A DNA stretch of 64,000 bases from a virus, in IMG/VR virus record IMGVR_UViG_3300011113_000644, positions 7,813 through 71,812 of that record; one strand, written 5' to 3'. Positions 46,999 through 57,528 of the stretch are shown here, in pieces. The position numbers and the translations under genes were made by a program. Within the stretch, counting starts at the first letter, position 1. Each line of letters starts with the position of its first letter. The notes under the pieces are model-generated. The model was given only the letters and a program-made list of their open reading frames with translations. It ran no database searches and was not told the origin of the DNA.

Positions 46999-47634
46999 AT
47001 GACATTTGGAATTGCAATACCAACCTACTCAGGACACATAGAATATTTGAAGAATCTTTTATCGCAAATTTCTAATTCGACAGTACTACCAAATCAAGTA
47101 AGTGTAAGTATATCATCATTTGATGAAGAAATATTTTTTGATGAGTATCCATTTGAATTGATTATTACAAAAACACAAGAATTTAAAAACCCAAGTCAAA
47201 ACAGGAATATTGCGGCGTCAAAACTCAACACTGACATTATATCATTTATAGATGGGGATGATTTACCTCATAAAACAAGAAATGAATATCTTATAAAATC
47301 ATTCGATATGGGTGCAAAAATAGTTGTCCATAATTATGAAATGAATAGTAATCACGTTATGACATACGATTCAGAAATGAATAATTTAGAATTATTAATT
47401 GACTATATTGACACATTCATATCAGACAGACATTTTCCTGAAAGTTCAAAAGGTCATTTATCATATGCAAATGGTCACATTTCCCTTCTGAAGTCAATAT
47501 TTGATAAAATCAAGTACGATGAAAGTAATGATTTATTTAAATGTTGTGAAGATTCTGAATATAGTAGTAGATTAGTAAAAAACGGTTATAAAATTTCACA
47601 CATAACAAATAAATTATCTTTTTATTTTCACTAA
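46999..47634 (+). CDS. GT2-family glycosyltransferase
   Basis: IAIPTY, SQNRNIA, SFIDGDD, EDSEY; ATG 46999 preferred. Confidence 0.75.
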   Translation: MTFGIAIPTYSGHIEYLKNLLSQISNSTVLPNQVSVSISSFDEEIFFDEYPFELIITKTQEFKNPSQNRNIAASKLNTDIISFIDGDDLPHKTRNEYLIKSFDMGAKIVVHNYEMNSNHVMTYDSEMNNLELLIDYIDTFISDRHFPESSKGHLSYANGHISLLKSIFDKIKYDESNDLFKCCEDSEYSSRLVKNGYKISHITNKLSFYFH

Positions 47635-47638
47635 TAAT

Positions 47639-48340
47639 ATGAAATATATCTACACTCATTTAGGATTAGGTGACCACATTATTTGTAATGGATTAGTTAG
47701 GTCACTAATGAAACCTAACGAGAATTATACACTTTTTGTAAAATCACACAATCTAAACACAGTACAATTTATGTATAGGGATTTAGATAATTTGTTTTTT
47801 GTTGTTGGTGACGACAGTGATGTTTCAAATTATATTAAAAATAATAATATTTCAGATAATGACTTAATAGTTGCAGGTTTTATGAGTCACCCTAATGCAA
47901 AAAGTTTTGATGAATCATTTTACTTACAAAATAATTTACCAATTTCTGTAAGATGGGATAACTTTTATTTACAAAGGGATTTGGAAAGTGAGAAAAGAGT
48001 TTTCAATCACTTTGGTGTAAAAGAGGATGAATACGTTTTTATACACGATGACGCCTCTCGTGGTTATATAATTGATGAAGATTTAATCGTTAATAAAAAA
48101 TTGAAAATTGTCAGACCAGAAATTGGACTTACTAATAATGTTTTTGATTATTGTTATCTTATGGAAAAAAGTAAAGAATCCCATTTCATAGATAGTTCAT
48201 TCAGATTGATATTTGATTCTTTGAAATTAAGGAATGAAAATATTTTTTACCATATCAAGATGAAAAATGGTATCCGTAGAAATAGTTATGACTATTATGA
48301 CGCCAGATGTAATTTTTTAAATTTTAAAATTTATGAATAA
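47639..48340 (+). CDS. Putative glycosyltransferase (HLGLGD family)
   Basis: HLGLGDHIICNG, FIHDD, HFIDSSF; operon context. Confidence 0.45.
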   Translation: MKYIYTHLGLGDHIICNGLVRSLMKPNENYTLFVKSHNLNTVQFMYRDLDNLFFVVGDDSDVSNYIKNNNISDNDLIVAGFMSHPNAKSFDESFYLQNNLPISVRWDNFYLQRDLESEKRVFNHFGVKEDEYVFIHDDASRGYIIDEDLIVNKKLKIVRPEIGLTNNVFDYCYLMEKSKESHFIDSSFRLIFDSLKLRNENIFYHIKMKNGIRRNSYDYYDARCNFLNFKIYE

Positions 48341-48992
48341 AAATAAAATAGTCATCGCACACTATAATGAGGATTTATCTTGGACTCAAAATTTAAAATT
48401 TGATGGAGAAATAGTTATTTATTCAAAAACAATTCAATCAAATCCCCATAGATACATACCAATTAATAAAGGACAAGAGGTACCAATGTATTTGAAATAC
48501 ATAATTGATTATTACGATAATTTACCCGACAAAACTTTATTTTTACATGGACATTCCACGTCTCCTCATCAAGACTTTGACTCAAGATACATTATTGAGA
48601 ATTTAAATTGGGATTGTGATAATTTCTTTTCTGTTAATAAAAGAGAATGGTATCAAGAAGTTAGTAAAAATTGTCAATTATCAAAAGGTTCATTTGACAT
48701 TTGGTTAAAGACATATTGGTATAAATTTTTAGAAATACTACCTTTTCCAGACAATGGATTATTTTTCTACTCAGGAGCCCAATTTGTTGTAAATAAAGAA
48801 CTTATAACACAACACCCAAAGTCATACTATGAAGATTTGTACAATTGGGTATTAACTGAAGAAATCAAAATGGAAAGGGGAACTTCTGATGAGATTATGA
48901 GTCGTATTTTTGAGTATACATGGCATTACATTTTCACAAAAAACTCAGTTGAGGTGGCCAGGGGTCACGATGAAATTTTTAAACGGTTATAA
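48333..48992 (+). CDS. DUF3431-like putative glycosyltransferase
   Basis: IAHYNEDLSW, NKGQE..YLKYIIDYYDNLP..TLFLHG, GAQFVV, FEYTWH.IF. Confidence 0.7.
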   Translation: MNKNKIVIAHYNEDLSWTQNLKFDGEIVIYSKTIQSNPHRYIPINKGQEVPMYLKYIIDYYDNLPDKTLFLHGHSTSPHQDFDSRYIIENLNWDCDNFFSVNKREWYQEVSKNCQLSKGSFDIWLKTYWYKFLEILPFPDNGLFFYSGAQFVVNKELITQHPKSYYEDLYNWVLTEEIKMERGTSDEIMSRIFEYTWHYIFTKNSVEVARGHDEIFKRL

Positions 48993-49004
48993 AAATTTAA
49001 AGTT

Positions 49005-49664
49005 ATGAAAAAAGTTAAAATAATAATTTTAGTCTTATCTTATGATGATAATGGAGGTGTTTATGATACGTTTCAAAAAGCTCAGTCTGAAACTTGGGAT
49101 AAAGAACTTTATCCCGATATCGAAACTTTCTTTTTTTATGGAGACTCAAATGAAAATAAAATAATTGGTAAAAAAATTTATGTCACAGTTGATTCAGGAT
49201 TGTGGAGTTGTGGTTTGAAAACTATAGAATCACTAAAATTAATTAATAGTAATTTTGATTATGATTTTTTATTTCGAACTAACAGTAGTAGTTATGTTGA
49301 TAAACAACTTTTAAGTGATTTTTTATATGATAAACCTAAAAAAAATTATTATGCGGGGCATTCGGCACATGACCAAGGAGTAAATTATGTATCAGGGTCA
49401 GGCATTATATTATCAAAAGATTTAGTTGATATTATAATTGAGAATCAAAACCAAGTTGATAGCGGATTAATGGATGATGCATCTTTTGCAAAGATATTAA
49501 ATTCTCGTGGTACATATCCCACACAAGTAGATAGGTGTAATTACTCAGACGGAATTGTAAATAATTTAGATTGTAAATCTTTTTTATACAGGTTAAAATC
49601 TAATAATAGGGAATTTGATATACGGAATATGTATCAAATTTACAATTTAAAAAATAAAAATTAA
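49005..49664 (+). CDS. GT31/Fringe-like glycosyltransferase
   Basis: ETW, KT..SL, YDFLFRTNSSSYV, YVSGSGIILSKDLV, DD. Confidence 0.65.
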   Translation: MKKVKIIILVLSYDDNGGVYDTFQKAQSETWDKELYPDIETFFFYGDSNENKIIGKKIYVTVDSGLWSCGLKTIESLKLINSNFDYDFLFRTNSSSYVDKQLLSDFLYDKPKKNYYAGHSAHDQGVNYVSGSGIILSKDLVDIIIENQNQVDSGLMDDASFAKILNSRGTYPTQVDRCNYSDGIVNNLDCKSFLYRLKSNNREFDIRNMYQIYNLKNKN

Positions 49665-49679
49665 CATTATTATTTAATT

Positions 49680-50486
49680 ATGAAAATATTTGATTGTTTT
49701 GCATTTTTCAATGAATTAACCCTTTTAGAAATAAGATTAAATGAGTTAAATGACGTTGTAGACTATTTTGTAATTGTTGAGTCCGAAAAAACTCATCAAA
49801 ATGAGGATAAAGAGTTATTGTATTTTAAAAATAAAGATGATGAAAGATTTAAAAAATTTTCTGATAAAATTATTCATGTGGTTGTAAAATCTGACGAATT
49901 TAATAATGACACTTGGCATAACGAAAGAAAACAATTTGATTCAATTATAAAAGGTTTGGGGATTGCTTCTGACGATGATTTAATAATTTTAGGAGCGGCG
50001 GATGAAATACCAAGAAAAGAAACAATAGAAAATTTAAAAAATTTAGATTTAGATAAAATTTGGTATATACAGCAGACTTGGTTTTATTTTTATTTGGATA
50101 CTCGTTATTACAATGAACACGGTAATAACTCACTTTGGGTGGGAAATTGTATATCAAAAAAGAAAAATTTGATTAACAATTTATACCCTATATTTATGGA
50201 AAGGTATCATACCCATAACATAATCCCAAATTCAGGATGGCATTTTTCATTCATGGGAAATTCCGAGCATGTATTAAAAAAAATAAATAGTTATGCTCAC
50301 AATGAATACAAACATTTAACTTTAGAAAACATAGAAAATTTTTTAGGGACTCTTTCTGACCCATTGGGTCGTAGTAATATGAAATTTTTAGGGTATGAAA
50401 AAATAGATAATTTACCAAATTTTGTAAAATCTAATATTGTAAAATTTAAAAAGTATCTCAAACAAAATACTGATGACTATGTATGA
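49680..50486 (+). CDS. GT17 (MGAT3-like) beta-GlcNAc transferase
   Basis: IFDCF.FFNEL..LEIRLNEL..VVDYFVIVES..TH, ADEIP, GWHFSF, KINSYAH.E. Confidence 0.85.
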   Translation: MKIFDCFAFFNELTLLEIRLNELNDVVDYFVIVESEKTHQNEDKELLYFKNKDDERFKKFSDKIIHVVVKSDEFNNDTWHNERKQFDSIIKGLGIASDDDLIILGAADEIPRKETIENLKNLDLDKIWYIQQTWFYFYLDTRYYNEHGNNSLWVGNCISKKKNLINNLYPIFMERYHTHNIIPNSGWHFSFMGNSEHVLKKINSYAHNEYKHLTLENIENFLGTLSDPLGRSNMKFLGYEKIDNLPNFVKSNIVKFKKYLKQNTDDYV

Positions 50487-51255
50487 TACAATACAAATAA
50501 ATAAATTTTCAAATCTACATGACGGAAAAAAAATAATTTTTTGTAAAACAGATTATTTAGATATTGAATTTAAAAATATTGAACAAATAGAGAATGATAT
50601 TATTTTAATTTCAGGTAACTCAGATTATGTAATTGATGAAAGTTATAAATCAAAAATCCCAAAAAATGTAAAAAAATGGTTTGCGCAGAATGCGCTTTTC
50701 ACAGATGAAATTGTTGAACCAATTCCTTTGGGTATTGAAAATAAGTTGCCCTCTATAAGGGAGGGTCATGGTATAGGTTATCATGGTAGGATTGAGGAAA
50801 AAGAAAAAATAATATCTGAACAAAAAAAAATTGAGCCTTCTAAATTAATCTACTCTAATTTTAATTTGAATACAAATTTTTATCACAGGTCTTTGATTAA
50901 ACAAATTTGTTTAGAAACCAGTTTTATTGATTGGGAAGAACCTAATTTACCTATTAAAACTTTTTTTGAAAGAATTTTGAATTACGAATCTGTTGTTTGT
51001 GCACAGGGTAACGGCCCTGGTGATAATCACAGAATTTATGAAACTCTTTACATGGGAAGGATACCAATTACCTTTAATAAAACAATGTTTGATGTTTTAC
51101 ACCATCTATTTCCAATAGTATTAATTCAAAATCCTGATGATTTGAAAAATATAAGTTTGATGAAATCAAAAATAGAAAAAGTTAAAAACAAAATTTGGGA
51201 TAAAAACTTATTGGACATGGAATATTGGGTAAATAAAATTAAAAGTAATTTATAA
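50473..51255 (+). CDS. Exostosin/GT47-like glycosyltransferase
   Basis: PIPLG, LIYSNF...TN..R, CAQGNGPGDNHRIYETLYMGRIPI. Confidence 0.65.
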   Translation: MTMYDTIQINKFSNLHDGKKIIFCKTDYLDIEFKNIEQIENDIILISGNSDYVIDESYKSKIPKNVKKWFAQNALFTDEIVEPIPLGIENKLPSIREGHGIGYHGRIEEKEKIISEQKKIEPSKLIYSNFNLNTNFYHRSLIKQICLETSFIDWEEPNLPIKTFFERILNYESVVCAQGNGPGDNHRIYETLYMGRIPITFNKTMFDVLHHLFPIVLIQNPDDLKNISLMKSKIEKVKNKIWDKNLLDMEYWVNKIKSNL

Positions 51256-51257
51256 AA

Positions 51258-52031
51258 ATGGTAACAATCGACTATCAAGGGAGAATAAGTAACAATTTCA
51301 TCCAACATATAGTTGCTAATTTTTTGGCAAGAAAATATAATTTAAAATTTGATTACGACTCACCCATTAATGAAAAATTTTTACCAACTAATTATGGTAA
51401 TGTTGGTGAAAATTTTATACATGTTAATGACAGCAATTGGCTTGATTTAGTTTTTGGTGACTGTAAAATTGAGTCCCCACATTTTCATTTGTCTGGTTTT
51501 TTCAATGAAAAAAAATTTTTTGAATTTTTTGAAAGTGACATAAAACAAAATATGATTATAAATTACGACGATTCAATTAGTCAAAACGATTTAATGGTTG
51601 ATTACAGAATTGGTGAATTGTCGGGAGACAGAAGGATGTTACCCATAGAGTATTATTATGAGGCAATTGAGTCTACAGATTTTGAAAACGGGTTTATAAC
51701 TTCGGATTCTTTAGACCATGAATTTTGTATTAAACTAATTGAGAAGTACGGTTTAAAACCTGTTCATCTTAATCCGGCAGATACTATATCTTATTGTAAA
51801 AATTTTAATAAATTAATTTTATCGGAAGGCGGATATTCTTGGACAATAGGTTTTTTAAGTAGAGCTAAGGAAGTTATTTGTAGTAGTAGACACGGATTGT
51901 GGCACGGGGACATTTATTTTGAAAGATGGAAAAAATTAAATTGGGACTATGACCCAACTACGTTCGTTGGTAGGAATGGACTTAATGGTTATAAACCAAT
52001 TAGATATGATAATCCGATAGGTTCAGTATAA
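51258..52031 (+). CDS. GT11-like alpha-1,2-fucosyltransferase fold protein
   Basis: QGRISN, LSGFF, DYRIGE, EYYYEAI, ITSD, ILSEGGYSW. Confidence 0.65.
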   Translation: MVTIDYQGRISNNFIQHIVANFLARKYNLKFDYDSPINEKFLPTNYGNVGENFIHVNDSNWLDLVFGDCKIESPHFHLSGFFNEKKFFEFFESDIKQNMIINYDDSISQNDLMVDYRIGELSGDRRMLPIEYYYEAIESTDFENGFITSDSLDHEFCIKLIEKYGLKPVHLNPADTISYCKNFNKLILSEGGYSWTIGFLSRAKEVICSSRHGLWHGDIYFERWKKLNWDYDPTTFVGRNGLNGYKPIRYDNPIGSV

Positions 52032-52033
52032 TT

Positions 52034-52453
52034 ATGAAAGACGTAATATTAGGTAAAAATTCTATAGTTTCACATTACACAAACCTATATGGGTGTATAT
52101 TAGGTCAAGATGTTTTTGTTGGTCCGTTTGTTGAAATACAAAAAAATTGTATTATTGGTGATAAAACTAGAGTTAGTAGTCACTCATTTATATGTGAGGG
52201 TGTAAATATTGGTGAAAATTGTTTTATTGGTCATGGTGTGATGTTCACTAATGATAAATTTACAGAAAAAAAAGATGAATGGATATTGAGAAAAACACAT
52301 ATAGGTAATAATGTAAGGATTGGTAGTAATTCTACAATATTACCTGTTAATATTGGGGATAATTGTGTAATAGGTGCAGGTTCAGTTGTTACAAAAGATG
52401 TACCTAGCGGTAGTGTTGTCTATGGTAATCCTGCAAAAATAAAAAAAAAATAA
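52034..52453 (+). CDS. Hexapeptide-repeat NDP-sugar N-acetyltransferase (WlbB/WbpD-like)
   Basis: Left-handed beta-helix repeats, FTND, IGAGSVVTKDVP, GNPA. Confidence 0.85.
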   Translation: MKDVILGKNSIVSHYTNLYGCILGQDVFVGPFVEIQKNCIIGDKTRVSSHSFICEGVNIGENCFIGHGVMFTNDKFTEKKDEWILRKTHIGNNVRIGSNSTILPVNIGDNCVIGAGSVVTKDVPSGSVVYGNPAKIKKK

Positions 52454-52460
52454 TATTATA

Positions 52461-53291
52461 ATGAAAATTTGTTTAATTGGGTACGGATATTGGGGTAAAA
52501 TTTTATATAAAAATTTAATTAATATGGGCATCGATGATATAACCATCATTGATGAATCATTAAATAATACTAATTTACTCACCGAGGAATTTAGTCATTA
52601 TATAATTGCAACCCCTTTTTCAACTCATAAGTATTTTTTAGAAAAAATTGGTAATTTTGAAAACAAAAAAATTTGGTGTGAAAAACCTTTAGTTGAGACT
52701 TATGATGATTCTATAAGAATTTACAACTTGATGGAAACCAATAATAATAAATTATTTGTTGATTGGGTTTATACTCATAACCCATGTGTAGTAAGACTAA
52801 AAGAAATTTTAGATGGAAAAAAATTAAAACAGATAATATTGAATAGGACAAATCTTGGGCCAATTAGAACTGATTGTTCATCAATTCATGACTTGTCCTC
52901 ACATGATTTATCTATACTTTATTTTTTATTTGAAAATGATGAATTTAACTTCAATTTTAACGAATTTAGCATAGAAAATGGTAAAAATATCGGGTCAAAC
53001 ATTAGTTGGTCATATGACGGTCATATACAAATAATCATAAATTCGTCATGGGAACACCATACAAAAAATAGGGTTAGTTTTTTTGTCACAAATGATGACA
53101 AAATAATTGTTTTTGATGACTTGAATAAAGTTTTGATTAATAATGGGGATGTAGAAAACTTTTCAAACGATTTATCCCCAATAGAAAAATCTATAAACAA
53201 ATTTATTAGCTCAGATGATTTTGAAAAAAATAAAATAATAACTTTAAAAATAGTAAAAAATATAGAAAACATTTATGAACATAAAATTTAA
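52461..53291 (+). CDS. Gfo/Idh/MocA oxidoreductase (NDP-sugar 3-dehydrogenase-like)
   Basis: IGYGYWG, IATP, CEKP, DLSSHD. Confidence 0.8.
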   Translation: MKICLIGYGYWGKILYKNLINMGIDDITIIDESLNNTNLLTEEFSHYIIATPFSTHKYFLEKIGNFENKKIWCEKPLVETYDDSIRIYNLMETNNNKLFVDWVYTHNPCVVRLKEILDGKKLKQIILNRTNLGPIRTDCSSIHDLSSHDLSILYFLFENDEFNFNFNEFSIENGKNIGSNISWSYDGHIQIIINSSWEHHTKNRVSFFVTNDDKIIVFDDLNKVLINNGDVENFSNDLSPIEKSINKFISSDDFEKNKIITLKIVKNIENIYEHKI

Positions 53292-54396
53292 TGATTTATC
53301 AGCTCAGTGGGAAAAAATTTCAGAAGAAGTTTTACCTGAAATATTAAATGTACTTGAAACAGGGAATTTTATTTTAGGGAATCAAGTTTCCATTTTTGAA
53401 AATAATTTTAAAAATTGGAACGGAAATAAATTTGCGGTAGGGGTCGCTAACGGTACAGATGCACTTATGATATCTGTGTCCGCATTATCTTTAATCGGTA
53501 CTACAATTTTTTACATCCCGTCAAACACTTACATTGCGACTTTGTTAGGTGTTGTTTTGTCAACAAATAAAGACTTTGTATATAAGTTGATTGACTGTGA
53601 TGAATATTATCAGATTGATACAGTCATTTTAGAAAATGAATTATCCAAAGATTATGGTAATTACGACAATTATGTTGTTATGCCAGTTCATTTATATGGA
53701 GTATCGTGCAACATGAAACATATAATTGAACTTAGAAATAAATATGGATTCAAAATCATTGAAGACTGCTCTCAGGCTCATGGTACAATAACAGAAGAAA
53801 ACAAAAAAGTTGGAACCTATGGGGATGTTGCAGCGTTTTCATTGTACCCTGGGAAAAATTTGGGTGCAGCTGGTGATGCGGGTATTATTGTTACAGATAA
53901 TGAAGACATTTATAAAAATTGTTTGAAATTAAGAAATCTTGGGTCAATAAAAAAATATGAACATGAAATCATAGGTTGGAACTCAAGATTAGATACCTTA
54001 CAGTCTGTTATTTTAAACGGAAAATTAAAGTATATGGATGAATGGAATAAAAAAAGAAATTATGTTGCCGAAAAATTTATAAAAGGTATTAAAAATAATC
54101 TTATAAAACTTCCAACAACCCCAAGATACTGTGGTTATAACACTTATCATATATTTCCTATTCTTTGTGATGATAGAGAAAAATTAATGAACTATTTATC
54201 GACTAAAAATATACCTTCTATTATCCATTACCCCATTCCGATTGAGTCAACTGAGGCCTTTAAAAATAATAATTTTAAAAGTGAAAATACTATTAAATTT
54301 TCAAAATTATTGGTGAGTTTACCAATTCATCCATTTATGACAGACGAGGAAATAGATTATATTATTATGTCTTTAAATGATTTTAAAAAACTATGA
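53275..54396 (+). CDS. DegT/DnrJ/EryC1/StrS PLP aminotransferase
   Basis: NGTDAL, PVHLYG, IEDCSQAHG, SLYPGKNLGAAGDAG, NSRLD, SLPIHP. Confidence 0.92.
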   Translation: MNIKFNDLSAQWEKISEEVLPEILNVLETGNFILGNQVSIFENNFKNWNGNKFAVGVANGTDALMISVSALSLIGTTIFYIPSNTYIATLLGVVLSTNKDFVYKLIDCDEYYQIDTVILENELSKDYGNYDNYVVMPVHLYGVSCNMKHIIELRNKYGFKIIEDCSQAHGTITEENKKVGTYGDVAAFSLYPGKNLGAAGDAGIIVTDNEDIYKNCLKLRNLGSIKKYEHEIIGWNSRLDTLQSVILNGKLKYMDEWNKKRNYVAEKFIKGIKNNLIKLPTTPRYCGYNTYHIFPILCDDREKLMNYLSTKNIPSIIHYPIPIESTEAFKNNNFKSENTIKFSKLLVSLPIHPFMTDEEIDYIIMSLNDFKKL

Positions 54397-55208
54397 AAAC
54401 TATAAATTTATATAACCATTTTCATTATGGCGATATTTTTATGTCAAGGGGTATAATACAAGTTTTGTCTGAACATTATCATATTAATTATTATCATAAT
54501 CTTAAAAAAGGTATTCTTAAAGATTTAAAAAACGTTGTTGAAATAATCGGTATTCCAAATGACATAAGTCCTAACCAAACAGTGAATGGTAATTTTTATA
54601 ACACTTGGATTGGTTCAATTCCAAACTCTATGGGTATTTTTGAACATTATAAAATAATTCTTGATAATATTTTAATGGAACTTAATTTACCTTCACCTGA
54701 AAATGAAAAAATTATACCTGTGATTAACTTTAGGGAATTACAAACATCTAAAATAGATGAGTTTATAAGAAAAAAAACAAAATTTTATAAAAAGTTTGTA
54801 TTGTTATGTACAGGGGACGTACACTCCCAACAAAGTGAGAATTTTGATTTTACACCAATTATTAATTACCTTTCTGAAAATCACAAAAATATTTTTTTTA
54901 TAACCACAACACCGGTTATAGAAAAAAACAATTTGATAAGTACAGACCAAATAAATGGGTTTATCCCTGATTTATTGGAAATTAGTTACATAAGTAAATT
55001 TTGTGATACAATAGTTGGTAGGTCTTCAGGTCCTTATTCGTATTGCCTCACAAAAGAAAATTTAACAGACCCAAAAAAAACATTTGTTAGTTTCAATCAC
55101 AGGCAAAAAGAGTCAAATTTGTTATTTGATTTGGGTTGTAATACTATATGGTCTAATAATTACCAATACGAAAATATTATTAATACAATAAACAATCTTT
55201 TAAAATAA
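54393..55208 (+). CDS. Hypothetical glycan-related protein (GT-B-like)
   Basis: HYGDIF and CDTIVGRSSGP; operon context. Confidence 0.45.
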   Translation: MKTINLYNHFHYGDIFMSRGIIQVLSEHYHINYYHNLKKGILKDLKNVVEIIGIPNDISPNQTVNGNFYNTWIGSIPNSMGIFEHYKIILDNILMELNLPSPENEKIIPVINFRELQTSKIDEFIRKKTKFYKKFVLLCTGDVHSQQSENFDFTPIINYLSENHKNIFFITTTPVIEKNNLISTDQINGFIPDLLEISYISKFCDTIVGRSSGPYSYCLTKENLTDPKKTFVSFNHRQKESNLLFDLGCNTIWSNNYQYENIINTINNLLK

Positions 55209-55217
55209 AGTTAAAAA

Positions 55218-55841
55218 ATGAGTAACAATTATTACGCGCAATTTGGTACTGACCAAATAATAAAAGAATATTTTCCTAACAAAAATAATGGGAAATGTAT
55301 TGAGGTTGGGGCGGTTGATGGGATTTATTGTTCCAATACCCTACATTTTGAGGAGCTTGGTTGGGACGTATTATGCATAGAACCTATTCCATCGTACTTT
55401 GAGAAATTAAAAAGTAATAGGAAAAATTCTATAAATTTTGCAGTAACATCTGAAAATATAGATGGAATACCTTTTACTGAAGTTACCTTAATTGATAACA
55501 ATAAATCAGCGATTAGTGGATTAAAAGTTGATGACAGATTAATAAAACTACATCAGGATTCTGGTTTGAATCCTACTCAAAAAGTTATTAACGTAAACGG
55601 GCGTAGATTAGACTGGTGTATTGAAAACTTTTTCAATCACGAAACTATAGATTTTATATCGATAGACACCGAAGGCTCTGAGTTAGATGTTTTGAAATCT
55701 TTTGATGTCAATAGGTACGACACAAAATTACTTATTATTGAAAATAATTACAATGACTCTGAAATTGAAATTTATCTAAATGAAAAGGGTTGGGTTAAAC
55801 ATAAAAGAATTGAGGTTAATGACTTCTACATAAAAAAATAA
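55218..55841 (+). CDS. FkbM-family methyltransferase
   Basis: IEVGAVDG..SNT, IEP, IDFISIDTEGSEL, IENN. Confidence 0.85.
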   Translation: MSNNYYAQFGTDQIIKEYFPNKNNGKCIEVGAVDGIYCSNTLHFEELGWDVLCIEPIPSYFEKLKSNRKNSINFAVTSENIDGIPFTEVTLIDNNKSAISGLKVDDRLIKLHQDSGLNPTQKVINVNGRRLDWCIENFFNHETIDFISIDTEGSELDVLKSFDVNRYDTKLLIIENNYNDSEIEIYLNEKGWVKHKRIEVNDFYIKK

Positions 55842-55850
55842 TATACACAT

Positions 55851-57068
55851 ATGGAAGAACTTTTTAGTTTAGGGAAACTTTACGTTTCTGATTTTATAAA
55901 AGATGTTGAATCTCCTCGTGGGGGTCAGGTTGAGCTGAAGTTGGTTTTAGATAACACTACCGGTAACGTAAGGTTAAATGAAACCGCTCCTCTGGATACT
56001 ATGTATGGTAAATATTGGTACCGCTCAGGAATAAACAACACTATGAAGATGGAATTGGAAGATATTGTTAAGTCCATCACTTCAATATTCAAACTTAAAG
56101 AAAATGACGTTTGGACTGACATTGCGTGTAATGACGGTACCCTATTAAGTTTTGTACCTAAAGAAATTATTAAAATCGGTATTGACCCTGTAGATGATAG
56201 TTACAAATCAGAATCTGAAAAACATGCCAATATTATTATTCAGGACTATTTCAGCTCCAAACTTTATAAAGATTCTAAATTTGGTAATTTAAAATCTAAA
56301 ATTGTAACAACTATTGCTATGTTCTACGACTTGGATAAACCTGAGAAATTCATAAATGAAGTTGACGAAATTTTAGATGAAAATGGGATGTGGGTATTAC
56401 AGTTATCATACACTCCTTTGATGATTGAGCAATTAGCGTTTGACAATATTTGTCATGAACACATTTACTACTATTCATTATTTAATATAAAAAAAATGCT
56501 GGAGCAAAACAACTTTCAAGTTATGGATGTTCAGCTGAACAACGTCAACGGAGGGTCTTTTAGAATTTATTGTATGAAAAAGAATTCAAAACATCACCTT
56601 TTTGGTAATCAAACCTACCGAGATGTTTGTAATTTTAGGATTAACTCTTTATTAGAATATGAAAAAAAATTGTCGTTAGAAAAAAAAGAGACTTGGTTAA
56701 ACTTTTATAATAAGATAAACGAACTAAAAAAAAGAACGGTCGAATTTATCAAGGAGGAAAAATCTAAGGGGAAAAAAATATGGGCATATGGTGCGTCTAC
56801 TAAGGGTAACACTTTATTACAGTATTTTGGGTTGAATAATGATTTAATAGATGGTATTGCTGAAAGAAGTATATACAAATTTGGACTTAAAACAGTTGGT
56901 ACAAACATACCTATTTTTTCAGAAGAAGAAATGAGAAAAGTTAAACCAGACTACTTACTAATTTTGCCTTGGCATTTTATTAATGAATTCAAAGAAAGAG
57001 AGTATGACTACTTAAAAAACGGAGGAAAATTTATAGTACCTTGCCCTAAATTTGAAATAATTAACTAA
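55851..57068 (+). CDS. NDP-sugar C-methyltransferase (TylCIII/NovU/TcaB9-like)
   Basis: YWYRSG, DIACNDGTLL, FDNICHEHIYYYS, YGASTKGNTLLQ, PDYLLILPWHF. Confidence 0.85.
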   Translation: MEELFSLGKLYVSDFIKDVESPRGGQVELKLVLDNTTGNVRLNETAPLDTMYGKYWYRSGINNTMKMELEDIVKSITSIFKLKENDVWTDIACNDGTLLSFVPKEIIKIGIDPVDDSYKSESEKHANIIIQDYFSSKLYKDSKFGNLKSKIVTTIAMFYDLDKPEKFINEVDEILDENGMWVLQLSYTPLMIEQLAFDNICHEHIYYYSLFNIKKMLEQNNFQVMDVQLNNVNGGSFRIYCMKKNSKHHLFGNQTYRDVCNFRINSLLEYEKKLSLEKKETWLNFYNKINELKKRTVEFIKEEKSKGKKIWAYGASTKGNTLLQYFGLNNDLIDGIAERSIYKFGLKTVGTNIPIFSEEEMRKVKPDYLLILPWHFINEFKEREYDYLKNGGKFIVPCPKFEIIN

Positions 57069-57072
57069 AAAA

Positions 57073-57275
57073 ATGAAAAGATATATTTTTTTTCAAGACT
57101 ATAATTATAAAGGAATCATGGTTGATGTGGGAGCTGTCCCCAACCATGATTTATAGTATGTCAAGACATTTTAGAAAATTACACTTATAACCCTTTGTAC
57201 GTTGAATATATGGAAAAAAAAGAATATATTTTAAATAAAACAATAGAATATAATTATATTTTTAAAAAGAAGTAA
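57073..57275 (+). pseudogene. Internally deleted, frameshifted FkbM methyltransferase remnant
   Basis: Fragments MKRYIFFQDYNYKGIMVDVGA, YSMSRHFR and YVEYMEKKEYILNKTIEYNYIFKKK* separated by stops/shifts; resemble the N- and C-termini of FkbM proteins. Confidence 0.55.
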
Positions 57276-57276
57276 A

Positions 57277-57528
57277 ATGGAAACAATAGGAAATCTTATC
57301 GACAAATTAACAATAGTTAATCTAAGAATTTGGATGTGTGAAGACATAAAAAGAAATTTGGACTCTACTGATAAAATGATTGCTGATGCTACAAAAACTA
57401 CAAATGTATCTAATTCATTGAGAAATGATTTGATACAGGAAATAGATGAACGATTGAATCTGATGATTAAGACCGGAGAACTACAAAAATTATACAAACA
57501 AGGTTCTACTAAAATGTATGGAAAATAA
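57277..57528 (+). CDS. Small helical protein (DUF4254-like)
   Basis: TIGNLIDKLTIVNLRIW..ED...N..RNDLIQEIDE. Confidence 0.55.
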   Translation: METIGNLIDKLTIVNLRIWMCEDIKRNLDSTDKMIADATKTTNVSNSLRNDLIQEIDERLNLMIKTGELQKLYKQGSTKMYGK

